NCBI RefSeq assembly: GCF_000142905.1
Contig: NW_013657628.1
Span: 179,614-243,613 of the forward strand
Reading direction: 5' to 3'
DNA length: 64,000 nucleotides
Source: Thecamonas trahens ATCC 50062
Taxonomy: Eukaryota > Protista > Apusomonadida
A model generated the notes under the pieces. That model was not told where the DNA came from and did no database searches. It was given only the letters and a program-made list of their open reading frames with translations. Positions 11,045 to 21,996 of the stretch are shown here, in pieces; position 1 is the stretch's first letter, and every line of letters begins with the position of its first letter. A program made the position numbers and the translations under genes.

Positions 11045-12943
11045 ATGTCGCGCAAGCTGCTGTACCCGGGGACCAAAGCCGACCGGCTGCACTACGTCAC
11101 CATCCGATTCGTGCCACTGTTGGCGGTCGGAGTGTGGCTGCTGTGGCCGCTCTACGCACCACCGACGCTTGATCACGCGGCACTGACCGATACGAGTCGA
11201 CCCGAGCCCAAGGCATCGTTTTGGCTCTATCTCACCGGCTTTGCCTTGCCGTACTCGCTCACAGCGTCGGCTGTCGGCTACGCGCTCTACGGCCTTGTCC
11301 TCCCGCTGCCATCGATGCGGATCCTCCTCCCGTTGGCCGTCGGTGTTTCACTGCTCGACAGTGGGCTGCGCGCAATGGCGTTCCTACTCGAGTGGTCACC
11401 GTTGAGCATCGTACTACCGCTCTGCACTATTCCGGCCTCCATTCCGTTCTTCCTTGTCCTTGGCTGGCACGCGTACTCACGCGGGCAAGATCGTCACGCT
11501 GTAACTGAATGGCTCTCGGCCCGTAACGATCGCACGGCCCATCTCGTCGACTTTCTCTTTCGGAAAGACATCGCCCCCTCAGGCTCGCCACATGCTGGTG
11601 CTGTGGCCGCGGGTGCCGCCAGCGCTGCTGATGCTGTTGCAAGACATGCGGCGGGCTCATCGTCCGAGACCACAAGCTCGGGGCCGGGATCGTACTCGGA
11701 CGCGTACGAGAGCACCAGCCCGTCGGCATCGGAAGCACAAGAAGTTATGTGGGTCTCCGACTGGGATTCCAGCGGCTCCAGCAACGGCCGCTCAGAGATT
11801 CTCGGCGGGCCTGTCCGGTCGGGATCGTCGTCGCCGGAGCCTACCGTCGAATCGTATGCAGGCACGGAGTCGGAGTTGGACCTGCGGTCGGGATCATCAT
11901 CACCGGACGAGTACACGGTGATGAGCGAGAGCTCGCGATATGTTGCCGATAGCAGCGCGGCGTACCGTGCTGCAGCCGCGGCTGGGCGGCGGCGGCAGCG
12001 ACAACGACTGGCGCGTGGTGGAGAAAGCAGCAGCATCAGCACTCAAGACGGATTGGAGGCCTTGAAGTGGAGCGAATATGCCGAGGAGCACTCGTTTGTG
12101 CGCACATTTCTGTGGATGGCTGCGTTGCTTGTGGTCATCCTGGTCACGTACGCCTTTTGTCAGGTCTTCACCGCGTTCTTCATCGAGCTCTCACGCGAGT
12201 CTCTGTCGGCCACCACACAGGCTCTCTTTGTCTTTGCCTTTTCGGTCCCGCTCCTCCTCTTCAAGACGCTGACCAAGTTTGTGGTCGGCAAGTTTGATGC
12301 AGTCCACGAGGCCGACATCAAGCCTGTGGCATTGTACACCATGGACCTGTTCTTCTTCGTCTTTCAGCGCAACCTGTTCCTCGAGGTCGAATCATACGCG
12401 GTCATTCTGTTTGTCAACGTCTACGATGTCCTCGTTGACGTGGTTGTGTACGGACTCCTTGCGTCGCGGCCGTCACACCGGGTCCAGTCGTGGTTCGCGT
12501 CATCAGTGCAGTCGGTCCCGTGCCTCGGCACTCTCGTCCCGCGGCCGGTCTCTTACGAACTCTTTGTCCAGCAGTCGATCATGGACTTTTTCTTCTACGT
12601 AGTCGCTGAGACCATGTCACTCATTGCCTTTGGCAGCTACACCGTCCTCCTCCACTACTCGCATAACGCGCCGGGCTATCGGTTCTCCGAGCGCGATGGC
12701 GTGGGCCACGACGATGAGCTGCCACGATTTGTGGCATACATGTTCATCACCCTCGGCTTCTCCATAATCTCGGTCCTCCTCATCCGGTACCTGCACTCGC
12801 GGGCGCTCAATGTGACTTCGTTCGAGGTCGGCGCCCTCGTTCTCCGCGCCCCGCGTGTCCGGCTTGCCCTCGTCCTCGTCGCCATTCATGTTCTTCAGGA
12901 TCTGTATCTTGCCATCTTCAAGCTCAACTTTGCCGCGCCATGA
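11045..12943 (+). CDS. Uncharacterised multi-pass membrane protein with a central Ser-rich loop
   Basis: Long ORF with typical codon usage; about 4 N-terminal and about 7 C-terminal hydrophobic segments around an S/E/G-rich loop. Confidence 0.75.
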   Translation: MSRKLLYPGTKADRLHYVTIRFVPLLAVGVWLLWPLYAPPTLDHAALTDTSRPEPKASFWLYLTGFALPYSLTASAVGYALYGLVLPLPSMRILLPLAVGVSLLDSGLRAMAFLLEWSPLSIVLPLCTIPASIPFFLVLGWHAYSRGQDRHAVTEWLSARNDRTAHLVDFLFRKDIAPSGSPHAGAVAAGAASAADAVARHAAGSSSETTSSGPGSYSDAYESTSPSASEAQEVMWVSDWDSSGSSNGRSEILGGPVRSGSSSPEPTVESYAGTESELDLRSGSSSPDEYTVMSESSRYVADSSAAYRAAAAAGRRRQRQRLARGGESSSISTQDGLEALKWSEYAEEHSFVRTFLWMAALLVVILVTYAFCQVFTAFFIELSRESLSATTQALFVFAFSVPLLLFKTLTKFVVGKFDAVHEADIKPVALYTMDLFFFVFQRNLFLEVESYAVILFVNVYDVLVDVVVYGLLASRPSHRVQSWFASSVQSVPCLGTLVPRPVSYELFVQQSIMDFFFYVVAETMSLIAFGSYTVLLHYSHNAPGYRFSERDGVGHDDELPRFVAYMFITLGFSIISVLLIRYLHSRALNVTSFEVGALVLRAPRVRLALVLVAIHVLQDLYLAIFKLNFAAP

Positions 12944-14087
12944 GCCATTCATCTCGCCTGTCATGATGCGGTCCACTCGTACGACTCGGCCGCCCGCAGC
13001 CGCCCACTCCATCAACGGTGAACTTGTCCACTTGACAGACCTGTCCACCAGGCTTTGGAGGCGACGTCTACGATGACAGGCCCGCATACAGATCATCAAA
13101 TTGCCCATTCTTTCCCCCCGCATCCCCCCGCATACGTCAGCCAGTTTCGTCACGACCTCGCCGGGCGGCCTTCCCGCGCGGGCGACTCGAGGCGCGAGCG
13201 GGGATTTTAGCCATTTGCGTTCATCGTGCCAGCATTGACCAGATGCACCAGAGCCGGCACCGGCGACAGGCATGGCCACGGGGAACAATGGCGGTTGTGG
13301 CCGAGATAGGCAAGCTTGCGAGCGTAAAACGCTGCGGGATGGAATGTACATTCCTCGCTCGACCCAGTCTCGACATAAAGTCGGTCTCTCGCTGCCCAGG
13401 TGCGGAGGTAAAGACTTGTTGTTTTGTGGTACATTTGCTTGACGGTGCGGAGATGATGGCCAGGTCTGACCATGACGGTCATGGGGACAGGAAATGCCCC
13501 GCGAGTCAACCAACACCATATCAATTAGGGTAGAGTGCATGTCATGGCTTAGGGTGGGTGTATGCCCATGGAAGCGAGCTCTTGAGCAAAAAAAGGCGGG
13601 AGAACAATATGGCAGGCTTCTGCGGCCCCAGACCGACCCGTACTTCGGGTGCGGCGCATTAGGGCCGCAGCAAAGCCCGCGATGACCGCTTTGGGAGCAA
13701 GGGGATGTCAGTCGTTGACGGGGCGTGGACTGCCATGCGGAAGCGGATCTAGAGGATAGTAAGCGGTAGAGGCTGTGGCAGTGGGTAATGCGCATCCGTA
13801 CACATAAACGGCCTGGAACTTAGTACCTCCGTCTGCTTCTAGCCTGCCTGACATGGCTTGATGACCCCAATTACGGTTGGATTGCCTCACCCGGTGCGGA
13901 GCCTATCCAATGAACGATAGTGACAGGTAGTGAGCACGAGGGTGTCAGTTTTTGCTGAAGCGGCAATTAGTACCAATTAACGCTGGCAATCTCAACGTCG
14001 CACAGCTATCGCCAATTTTCCGACCTGCTACACCCAGCCAAGTACAAGCCCGCTAGCACCAGCCAAAGGCCGTACGTGCCCACAAAC

Positions 14088-15827
14088 ATGCAGACCGACA
14101 CGCAACAAGATGCAGAGGTCGACCACCGTCATGCCAAGCGCATGCGCACCCTTGACGGCGCCGTAGTAGCCATGCAAGGGTTCTCAGCCCGCCGTTTTGA
14201 CGGCGAAGCGACCGCATCTGCGGCCCAAATGCGGACAGACACACCCGGGATGCGCGTCTCTGTCAACAAGGACGACATCACTAGAGGCATGGAGACCCGT
14301 CCCTCACCGGGGGGACCGCTGAATGCGCATACCCCTGCCATCCCTGAGAACTCGAGGGAGAGCTCGCGGAAGCGGCCTCGGTCGCCTGGGCAAAGTGGCT
14401 CGGAAGACGACACACCACAAACGTTTGTTGACATGCCAAACGTTTCTGGTCGCGGTAAGTTGTCAAGTTTGGACCACACTCCCAAGGTGACGCCCACCAT
14501 TAACTCGTCCAGCAACTCGTCCAACAACTCGTCGTCGTCCAAGTCCAACACGGAGTCACCTCAGGAAGGATCTGACCCCCCGTCGGACATGCAAACATTT
14601 TCGTCGTCGTCGTCACGCGAGGCGGAAAGCTCCGGCTCCGCCGCCTCACTTGGTAAGCGCCGCACGGTCAACCACAAGCGGCGACTTTTCGATGCCAAGG
14701 TGACAAAGCTACTTCGGTCTTGGATCGACGCCCACAAGGCCGACCCGTACCCGTCGAGCGCTGAGCTTGATGAGATGTCCGAGTCCACGGGCCTGAGCGT
14801 GGCCCAGCTTCGCCAGTGGTTCGCCAACGCGCGCCGCCGGACTCTCAAGCCATCGCGCAACTCGGGTAAGATGCGGTACCGCTCATTGTCGACAGAGTCG
14901 TCTTCGTCGTCGTCACTCCTGGGCATGACCTCGGGCATGCCTGGCCAGAACTACTCAGTCATGATGCCAGGAGCGCAGTTCGGCCACTACCCGCAGATGA
15001 TGTACACCTCATCGCAACTCCATGCTGCGGCCATGCAAGCGCAGGCCCAGGCTCGAGCCGCCCAGATGCACGCCAACCAGTGGGCCCAGCGCATGGCCAT
15101 GTACAACGCCATGGCTGGTCCCCAGTCGCACATGCCGCCGTCGATGCCGCCGTCGATGCCGTCGTCGATGCCGCCATCGATGCCGTCGTCGATGCCGTCG
15201 TCGATGCCAACCACCTCGATGCAGCCTCTCTCCATGACCGGCCCCATGCAGGGTGGCGACCCGGTCATGCAGCGCCTCCAGGCTCTACAGGCCCAGCAGA
15301 ACATCCTTTCGAGGATGCAGTCACTGTCGGGCAAGCCTGGTGCCGTCTCGTCTTTGCAAGCTTCCATGCCCGTGATGCCCTACGGCAATGTACAGGTCCA
15401 GAGTATGCAGGTCCAGAGTCAGCTGGGCTCACAGCTGACCCAGCTCCAGGCCCAGATGTCGTCGTCGTCCATGCAAGGTCAGATGTCGCAGACCCAGATG
15501 ACAACCTCGCTGTCGCAGACTCCCATGCAGCTCACCTCCATGTCGCAGACCCCCATGGCGGCCTCGATGACGACCTCGCTTCCTCAAGCTCAGATGATTC
15601 AGGCTCAGGCCGCTCAGGCCGCCCTGGCTGCCCAGGCCGCGCAAGTCCAGGCCACCCAAGTCCAAGTCTCACAAGCTCAGCCGTCGCAGCCGCCGGCAAC
15701 GCAGGCCCAGTCCGACCAGGCTCAGTCCAGCAAGCCTCTGGCCAACCCACAGTCAGACTCGTCGAGTGATGAGCCTACTGCGCCAAAGTCCCGCGAAGCC
15801 AACACTCCTGAGCAGGTCTCCCCGTAA
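14088..15827 (+). CDS. TALE-class homeodomain transcription factor with Q/M/S-rich C-terminus
   Basis: KRRLFDAKVTKLLRSWIDAHKADPYPSSAELDEMSESTGLSVAQLRQWFANARRR contains the PYP loop extension and the WFxNxRRR recognition helix. Start uncertain; a GTACGT donor-like motif lies at 14072. Confidence 0.9.
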   Translation: MQTDTQQDAEVDHRHAKRMRTLDGAVVAMQGFSARRFDGEATASAAQMRTDTPGMRVSVNKDDITRGMETRPSPGGPLNAHTPAIPENSRESSRKRPRSPGQSGSEDDTPQTFVDMPNVSGRGKLSSLDHTPKVTPTINSSSNSSNNSSSSKSNTESPQEGSDPPSDMQTFSSSSSREAESSGSAASLGKRRTVNHKRRLFDAKVTKLLRSWIDAHKADPYPSSAELDEMSESTGLSVAQLRQWFANARRRTLKPSRNSGKMRYRSLSTESSSSSSLLGMTSGMPGQNYSVMMPGAQFGHYPQMMYTSSQLHAAAMQAQAQARAAQMHANQWAQRMAMYNAMAGPQSHMPPSMPPSMPSSMPPSMPSSMPSSMPTTSMQPLSMTGPMQGGDPVMQRLQALQAQQNILSRMQSLSGKPGAVSSLQASMPVMPYGNVQVQSMQVQSQLGSQLTQLQAQMSSSSMQGQMSQTQMTTSLSQTPMQLTSMSQTPMAASMTTSLPQAQMIQAQAAQAALAAQAAQVQATQVQVSQAQPSQPPATQAQSDQAQSSKPLANPQSDSSSDEPTAPKSREANTPEQVSP

Positions 15828-16333
15828 TTTGACCTTCGTTGCTAAACCAATCACTTCCAACTGTTGCTGTCTCCACGGCCGGCTGTCCGTCGCGGCACAA
15901 TGTCGTCGGTGTTTCTTGTACCATCTGGTCAGCGGCCGCATCGGCAATTGGTCCGTCTGCGAGCCCTACACATGGTGACAGGGTGCACCAAAGCATCTAG
16001 CCGCAACCACAACCACGCGTCACCTCTACCTTGCCACCCGCATTGCTGGCTATGGCCTAAACACCACCAATTCCTCCCACAGAGGCTGCCGACAGGGAAG
16101 CTTCTCGCGCCGAAACAAATTGGCCAAATACCCGCATCCTCACTCACACCCAAGCATCGAGCACTCTCTCGACGGCTAACCCCACCCTACACGCTAATTC
16201 ACGCGTGTCGACAATATTCTGTTTCTTCCCCGTCTCGAGCCCTTGTCTACTTGGGCGGAGCGGTTGTGTTGGTCTGGACCCGTCGAGACGACAATGAGCC
16301 ATCATCGGCCAGCATCAATCAAGTGCCAAACCG

Positions 16334-17192
16334 CTAGCTGAGACCGGCCCGGCCGTGGTTGAACCGCTTAAAGGTGTAGCCGAGGAACGGGTTGACGCCC
16401 TCGGAGAGGCGGAGGACTGGGGCTGCGGCGTCGGCCCGCGAGTGCTCGGGAATCTCATAGTCAAAGTACGAGGTGTCGATGGGCGAGGCAAGCTGCGGGG
16501 TGAACGGCGCCTTTGCCGAGCGGATGTTGTCCCAGTCGACGCCGGCAAAGAACGGGTGATCCTTGAACTGCTCGATGGACTTGAAGCGGTCCTCGGGCGC
16601 ACAGACGAGGTTGCGGATGAGGTCCTGCGCCTCGGGCGTGACCGAGGCCTCGGGCGGGAACTGGAGCGTCTTCTTGTGGTTGAGGATCTTGTGGTAGGTC
16701 TCGGACGAGTTGCGCGAGCAAAACGGCGGGTAGCCGACAAGCATCTCAAACATGATGACGCCGAGTGACCACCAGTCGGCCTCAAAGCCGTACCCGGTCC
16801 GCTGGAAGACCTCGACGGCAATGTAGTCGGGAGTTCCCACGGTGGAGAACGCGAGCTTGCGGCGGTTCTTCTTCCACGTCATCACCCGCCCACCGTGGGT
16901 GGCGAGCGCGTCGGCATCCGACCCGTCTGAGTCGGAGCCCTTGCCCTTGCCCTTACCCTTGCCCTTACCTTTGCCCTTACCCTTGCCCTTGCCTTTGCCA
17001 CGGGCGTTGCTGCTCTCGCCCGAGTCGACGAGCTGGCCATGGCCAGAGCTGCCGGGTGTGGCGAGGTCGGCGTCCGACTCGTCGTCGCCCTCGTCGCGAG
17101 TAAACGACTTGAAGAACCGGGTCGAGTGGGCAGAGCGAAAGCCGGTACAGAGGCCAAAGTCGGAGAGCTTGAGGTAGCCGTTACGGTCGATG

Positions 17193-17223
<31 letters not shown>

Positions 17224-17833
17224 TGTAGCCCATGCGGTGAATCGAGTCGATGGCGCATGCAATCTGGACCATGTAAAACCGGGTGACGTCCTCGGGAAAG
17301 ACATCGTAGTTGATCAGCATGGTCATGAGGTCGCCGCCGGGCACAAACTCCATGATGAGGTATAGGTGGGCCTCGTCCTGGAACGAGTAGTAGAGAGTGA
17401 CCACCCAAGGGTTGTCTGCAGCCACAAGAATGTCGCGTTCTGCCCTGACATGAGCCACTTGCTCCTTCTGCAGCATGTCTGCCTTGCGCATCTTCTTCAT
17501 GGCAAAGATCTCGCCCGACTCGACCATGCGGACGAGGCGGACCTCACCAAAGGCGCCACGGCCGATGACCTTGACCGTCTCAAAGTCCGACTCGGAGAGC
17601 TTCCGCCTCCTCTGGCGGGTATACTCTTGCTCACGAACAGCAAGGTCGTTCCGCAGCTGCTGCTGCTCAACCTCGGTCAGCCTCAGCTTGACCATGTTCT
17701 TCTCCAGCTTCTTCCTCCGCTCCATGCGCTCAAAGTAGGCGACGGCAATGTCCTCGTAGTACTGCTCCACGAACATCTTGGCCGCCTTGGACTTGTCACG
17801 CGTCCACTTGGACGCAGTCGGCACAGACGCCAT
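16334..17833 (-). CDS. STK38: NDR/STK38-family AGC kinase
   Basis: N-terminal MOB-binding region, [37 protein letters not shown], long insert before [12 protein letters not shown], hydrophobic motif FLGYTFKRF. Confidence 0.93.
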
Positions 17834-18339
17834 ATGTAGTGCGTGTGTGTGTGGTGGTGGTGGGGGCGGGGGGAAGGGAATGGGGGGGGGAAAAGGGGGG
17901 GGGGGGGGGGTAGGGTAGGGGGTGGTACGGGTACGGGGGCCAGACACCCGGGGGGGGGGGCTATCCCGGCAAAGGGGAAAAAAAGGGGGATCTTAAAAGG
18001 TGGGGGGGGGGGGGGGGGGAGGGGAGGGGGGGCATGGGGGCGATCGTGGTGATTGGGAGGGTGGTGGTGGGATGGGAATGGGGGATGGTGTTGTGTGTGG
18101 TGGGAGGAGGGGAAGGGGGGGAGGGAGTTGGTGTAGTAGTGATGATGGTGCTCATGATGGTGAGGGATCGGGAGGGGAGGGAGGGCGGGAGGGGGGGCGG
18201 ATCCCCCTTGACACGGGCACGTCGGCGAGGACAATGAGTTGGCGGAGGAGGAGGAGAAGGGAGGAGGGAGGGAGGAGGAATGGCCACAGTTTGACTACCA
18301 TATCACTCTCTCACACACCACCTTTGAGAGGTACGAGCC

Positions 18340-21300
18340 ATGAGCGACCACATGCTGTTGTGGCCCGACATGGCGGTGTGGGAGGCTATGGTGAGCAGAC
18401 GAACCGAAGCCATAGCTCTGGTCACCGCCACCACCACCACCACCTCCTCCTCGCTGCACTCCAGCAGCTCAACTGAAGCAGCCAGTGCTGATGGAGGAGA
18501 TCGAGGCGCTGGAGATGGAGCTGGGAGCGACGGTGATGATCACATCTCTCGAGCAGATGTCGGAGCGGTGGCGCGAGCAGCGGCTCGGGTGGCGGCGTTA
18601 GAGGCTGAGTATGTGGCAGCGCTGGACGAGCTGGTCCACGTAAGCAAGGCCATTGGGGCTGATGTTGCCGGAAACGCGACTGAGGCTCGCACAGGCGATG
18701 AGGAGAGCGCGTCGCATGATGGTGCGAGCCGGGTCGCTAGCGAAGAGCTTGTTGCCCACTTTGCGCGGCTGGTGCTCGGCGCAGATGCGACGTCGCCGCC
18801 GCTGGCGGTGCTCATCACGCTTCTGACCCGAGTCGAGGACGTGTGCGTGAACAGGGCGCTGACGGCGGCGGTGTTGGCGGTAGCCGAGGAGACGCCGGAC
18901 TTGGACGCCATTATCCGCAAGCTCATCTGCGAAGAGGTCTACGCTTCCGGATCGCGACACCTCCTGTTCTGCCGATTCAAGCCGGTCTCCATGCTGCTGG
19001 AGGCATTTGTCGACGCCCGCTGCGCTCCGCTGCTGGAGGCGTGCGTGGGGCCGATTGTGGCCGACGTCACTGTCGCGCCGGTTCCGCACTTTCTGCCCGG
19101 CCGGGCGCGTTCATCGTCGCTGACCTCGGCCGAGCTGGCACGCAATGATGACTCGGCCGACTCGCAGCTGGAGGCCTCGGTCCTCTCATGGTCGCTTCGC
19201 CTGCTCGACACTGTCACGCTCTCGGCCCACTTGGTGCCTGCCGCGGTTGTTGGCCTCTTTGTCCACCTCCGCGCCACCATGGCCAAGCAGTATCCGGACC
19301 AGCCGGCGCTCCATGTTGCGCCTGTTGTTGTCGTCCTCCTCCTCCGCTACTTGGTCCGTGCCGTTGCCGATCCGGCGGGCTATGGCCTGATTGACGCTCG
19401 GCCATCGCCCGGTCAAACCCGCGTCTTGCGCGCCGTCGCCCGCAAGTTCCGTGCCTTTATCACTTGGTTTCTCTGGCGCTCAAATCCGTCACTTGACGAT
19501 CTGCTTCAGCCCTCGTTCGATGCCATCACTTCGTTCTTCTCTGCCATCTCGCTGCCTTCCGGCCCGCTTCCGGAGCCGCCGCGGCTGGACCCGGGCCGTC
19601 TCGCCGACCGAGTGGTCGAGGCCTGGCGGGTAGGCAGAGCCGGATGTCCGACTGCGGTGTGCAGCTTGCGGCACGGCGCGGTGCTCGCGCTCGGCGCAGA
19701 CGATGCACACCCAGCCGACGCCATCAATACCCTTGGGCTCGGGCTCAAGGTCTCGGACGTCAGCGTGTGCACCCGCAAGGCGCTTGGCACGTTCCATCAG
19801 GTCTGCCTCCGCAAGTGGCCGATCCTCCGCACCGGACTCGAGCTCCGGCTGCCGACAGTCAAGCCGCTGCGCGAGGTGGTGGAGGCGCTGGCGGCCAAGC
19901 CCGGTGCTTTTGGCGCGGCTTGCTCTGGGCGCGGTGCCGAGCCTGACTCGCCGCACCTCCTTGTGCCTGCCCTCCCGCTCCATGATCTCGTTGCCCGCAT
20001 GAAGCGGCCGGTCTTGCCGGACGTTGCGCTTAAGCTCGACGACGACAAGTCCTTTACAGGCGCGGCGCTGGTGGCCTGGATCCAGGTCCACACCTCTCAC
20101 GGCGAGCACTACTACGCGTCCAAGGTTGCGCAGGAGCTCCTTGATGCGCGGCTGGTGTACAACGTCAACAATGCATCGGACAGCATGTTCTCGCCCTCGC
20201 CCGAGACCCAGTACCGGTTGCAGGAGGACGAGCCGGCGCGGGTCCTCAACCGGTTGGCCATCTTTGACAGCACGGCGCGTGAGCCACTGCAGGTTGCGCG
20301 CGCGCTCGTTTCTGCTGCGCTCGTCCTCTTTGACCACTTTGGCAATATGCGCGGCGACGTGCTGGCACGGCACCTCAAGGTTCTACGGTCATCAGCGGCC
20401 TTTCGCGCCTTTGCGCTCGCCACCACCGAGCTGCAAGGCGTGGTGCTCGATGGACTCACATCTCAGGAGCGGACTGCTTTCTACATTAACGTCTACAACG
20501 TGGCTTACATGCACGCGTCGATGATCTCGTTGCCGCCGTCGTCGCCGCCGTTGCGGGTGTCATACGAGAAGAAGGTGTCGTACCAAATCGGCCCGCTGGG
20601 CGTGGTCTCGCTCTTTGAGATTGAGCACGCGCTGCTCCGGGCGGGTGCGCCGGCAACGCCGCTCATCGCCAAGTACCACGGCTCGTTTCCGCGGTATGAC
20701 GAGTTTGAGCCTCAAGCCGCGTATGCCTGTGAAGCTTTTGAGTCGCGGCTGGCGTTTGCGCTCTCGCACGGCTGCCTCTCCTCGCCGCTGGTGTCCAGCT
20801 ACTCGGCAAAGCATCTCTCGCAGGAGATGTACGATGCGACAGCGGCGTATGTGCGCGAGAACGCGGTGCTCGACGTTCACAAGCAGTCTGTGACGGTTCC
20901 GGGCTACATGCGGACGTATGCGTGTGACATCGGCACGTCGCACAAGGACATCCTCTACTTTGTCCTGCAGTACGCGTCGCCGGCGATGCGGGCTTCGCTG
21001 CAGTCAATGATCCACTCGGGCCTCACCATTAACCTGCTTTTTGCGCCGGACTCGTGGCATGCCTACTACTCGGTCTCGGTGAGCAACGCCGTCCTGCCAT
21101 CTGAGCCACAGGGGGCCGTGACGAGCGGGTCGGCCTCAGCCTCGGCCTCGGGCTCGCCCCCGGACGCCGGCTCGGGTGTCCTTGGGTACTCGCTTCATGA
21201 TCCGCGCCCGCCCAAGGTGTATCGCGGGACCGGCAGCACTTCGCCGCGCGAGATCGAGGCGTTGGACGTGGCCGCAAGCGCGGCAACCAACGCGGGTTGT

Positions 21301-21894
21301 CCGGAGCTCATCGGCACATCGTCGCTCTTTACTCCAGCCATGCTCTCGTCGCTCTGGTCGTGGATCCCGCGACGCTACACCGACGACACGTTTGCGCTTG
21401 TCTTCCAGACCCAGCGTGACGGGTACAACATGGAGACGCTGCTGCGGCTGGCTGACAACCTCTCGCCGCTGGTTCTCGTCCTGCAGACTACCCGTGGCGC
21501 GGTCGTCGGCGCCTACCTCTCGACAGGCTTTGAATCCTCGTCGACAGGCTCATTTTCTGGCTCGGGCGAGACCTTTATCTTTTCGCTTCACCCAGACATG
21601 CGCAAGTACACGTGGCGGCCCGGCCGGCCGGCGCACTTTGTCCGCGTCACCGACGCGCAGATCGCCGTCGGTGGCGGTGGCGGCGTCAACGCCGGCTATG
21701 GGCTCTGGATCGATTCGGAGCTCTTGCACGGCGGCTCAGTTCGCTCGCGGACTTTTGCCAATGACCCACTCGTTGCGCCCGACACCCACTTTGAGTGTAC
21801 CAGCCTCGAGCTCTGGGCCTTCTCCACCGAGCTCCCGGCCCATGTCCTCGCCGACGTCCTCGAACGCATCACCAGCAACAGCCCAAGCCTCTGA
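18340..21894 (+). CDS. Multidomain protein: degenerate RasGAP + DEP + DUF547 + TLDc
   Basis: RasGAP-like LLRYLVRAVADPAGYGL; DEP-like FTGAALVAWI...AQELLDARLVYNV...YRLQEDEP; DUF547 AFYINVYN...LFEIEHALLR...FALSHGCLSSP; TLDc FQTQRDGY...GAVVGAY...GSGETFIF...LELW. Confidence 0.8.
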   Translation: MSDHMLLWPDMAVWEAMVSRRTEAIALVTATTTTTSSSLHSSSSTEAASADGGDRGAGDGAGSDGDDHISRADVGAVARAAARVAALEAEYVAALDELVHVSKAIGADVAGNATEARTGDEESASHDGASRVASEELVAHFARLVLGADATSPPLAVLITLLTRVEDVCVNRALTAAVLAVAEETPDLDAIIRKLICEEVYASGSRHLLFCRFKPVSMLLEAFVDARCAPLLEACVGPIVADVTVAPVPHFLPGRARSSSLTSAELARNDDSADSQLEASVLSWSLRLLDTVTLSAHLVPAAVVGLFVHLRATMAKQYPDQPALHVAPVVVVLLLRYLVRAVADPAGYGLIDARPSPGQTRVLRAVARKFRAFITWFLWRSNPSLDDLLQPSFDAITSFFSAISLPSGPLPEPPRLDPGRLADRVVEAWRVGRAGCPTAVCSLRHGAVLALGADDAHPADAINTLGLGLKVSDVSVCTRKALGTFHQVCLRKWPILRTGLELRLPTVKPLREVVEALAAKPGAFGAACSGRGAEPDSPHLLVPALPLHDLVARMKRPVLPDVALKLDDDKSFTGAALVAWIQVHTSHGEHYYASKVAQELLDARLVYNVNNASDSMFSPSPETQYRLQEDEPARVLNRLAIFDSTAREPLQVARALVSAALVLFDHFGNMRGDVLARHLKVLRSSAAFRAFALATTELQGVVLDGLTSQERTAFYINVYNVAYMHASMISLPPSSPPLRVSYEKKVSYQIGPLGVVSLFEIEHALLRAGAPATPLIAKYHGSFPRYDEFEPQAAYACEAFESRLAFALSHGCLSSPLVSSYSAKHLSQEMYDATAAYVRENAVLDVHKQSVTVPGYMRTYACDIGTSHKDILYFVLQYASPAMRASLQSMIHSGLTINLLFAPDSWHAYYSVSVSNAVLPSEPQGAVTSGSASASASGSPPDAGSGVLGYSLHDPRPPKVYRGTGSTSPREIEALDVAASAATNAGCPELIGTSSLFTPAMLSSLWSWIPRRYTDDTFALVFQTQRDGYNMETLLRLADNLSPLVLVLQTTRGAVVGAYLSTGFESSSTGSFSGSGETFIFSLHPDMRKYTWRPGRPAHFVRVTDAQIAVGGGGGVNAGYGLWIDSELLHGGSVRSRTFANDPLVAPDTHFECTSLELWAFSTELPAHVLADVLERITSNSPSL

Positions 21895-21996
21895 TGTGAA
21901 CATCAGCCAAGTTTGGAGACTCTGATCGAGCGAGTAGCATATTCCGTCGCAATGAGAGTAATGTTGTCTCCTGATGCAGGTGGGCGTTGGGGGGCT

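Noticed and set aside
12617-13795. 392-aa minus-strand ORF
   Set aside because: Partly antisense to a real gene, no recognisable motifs, atypical composition.
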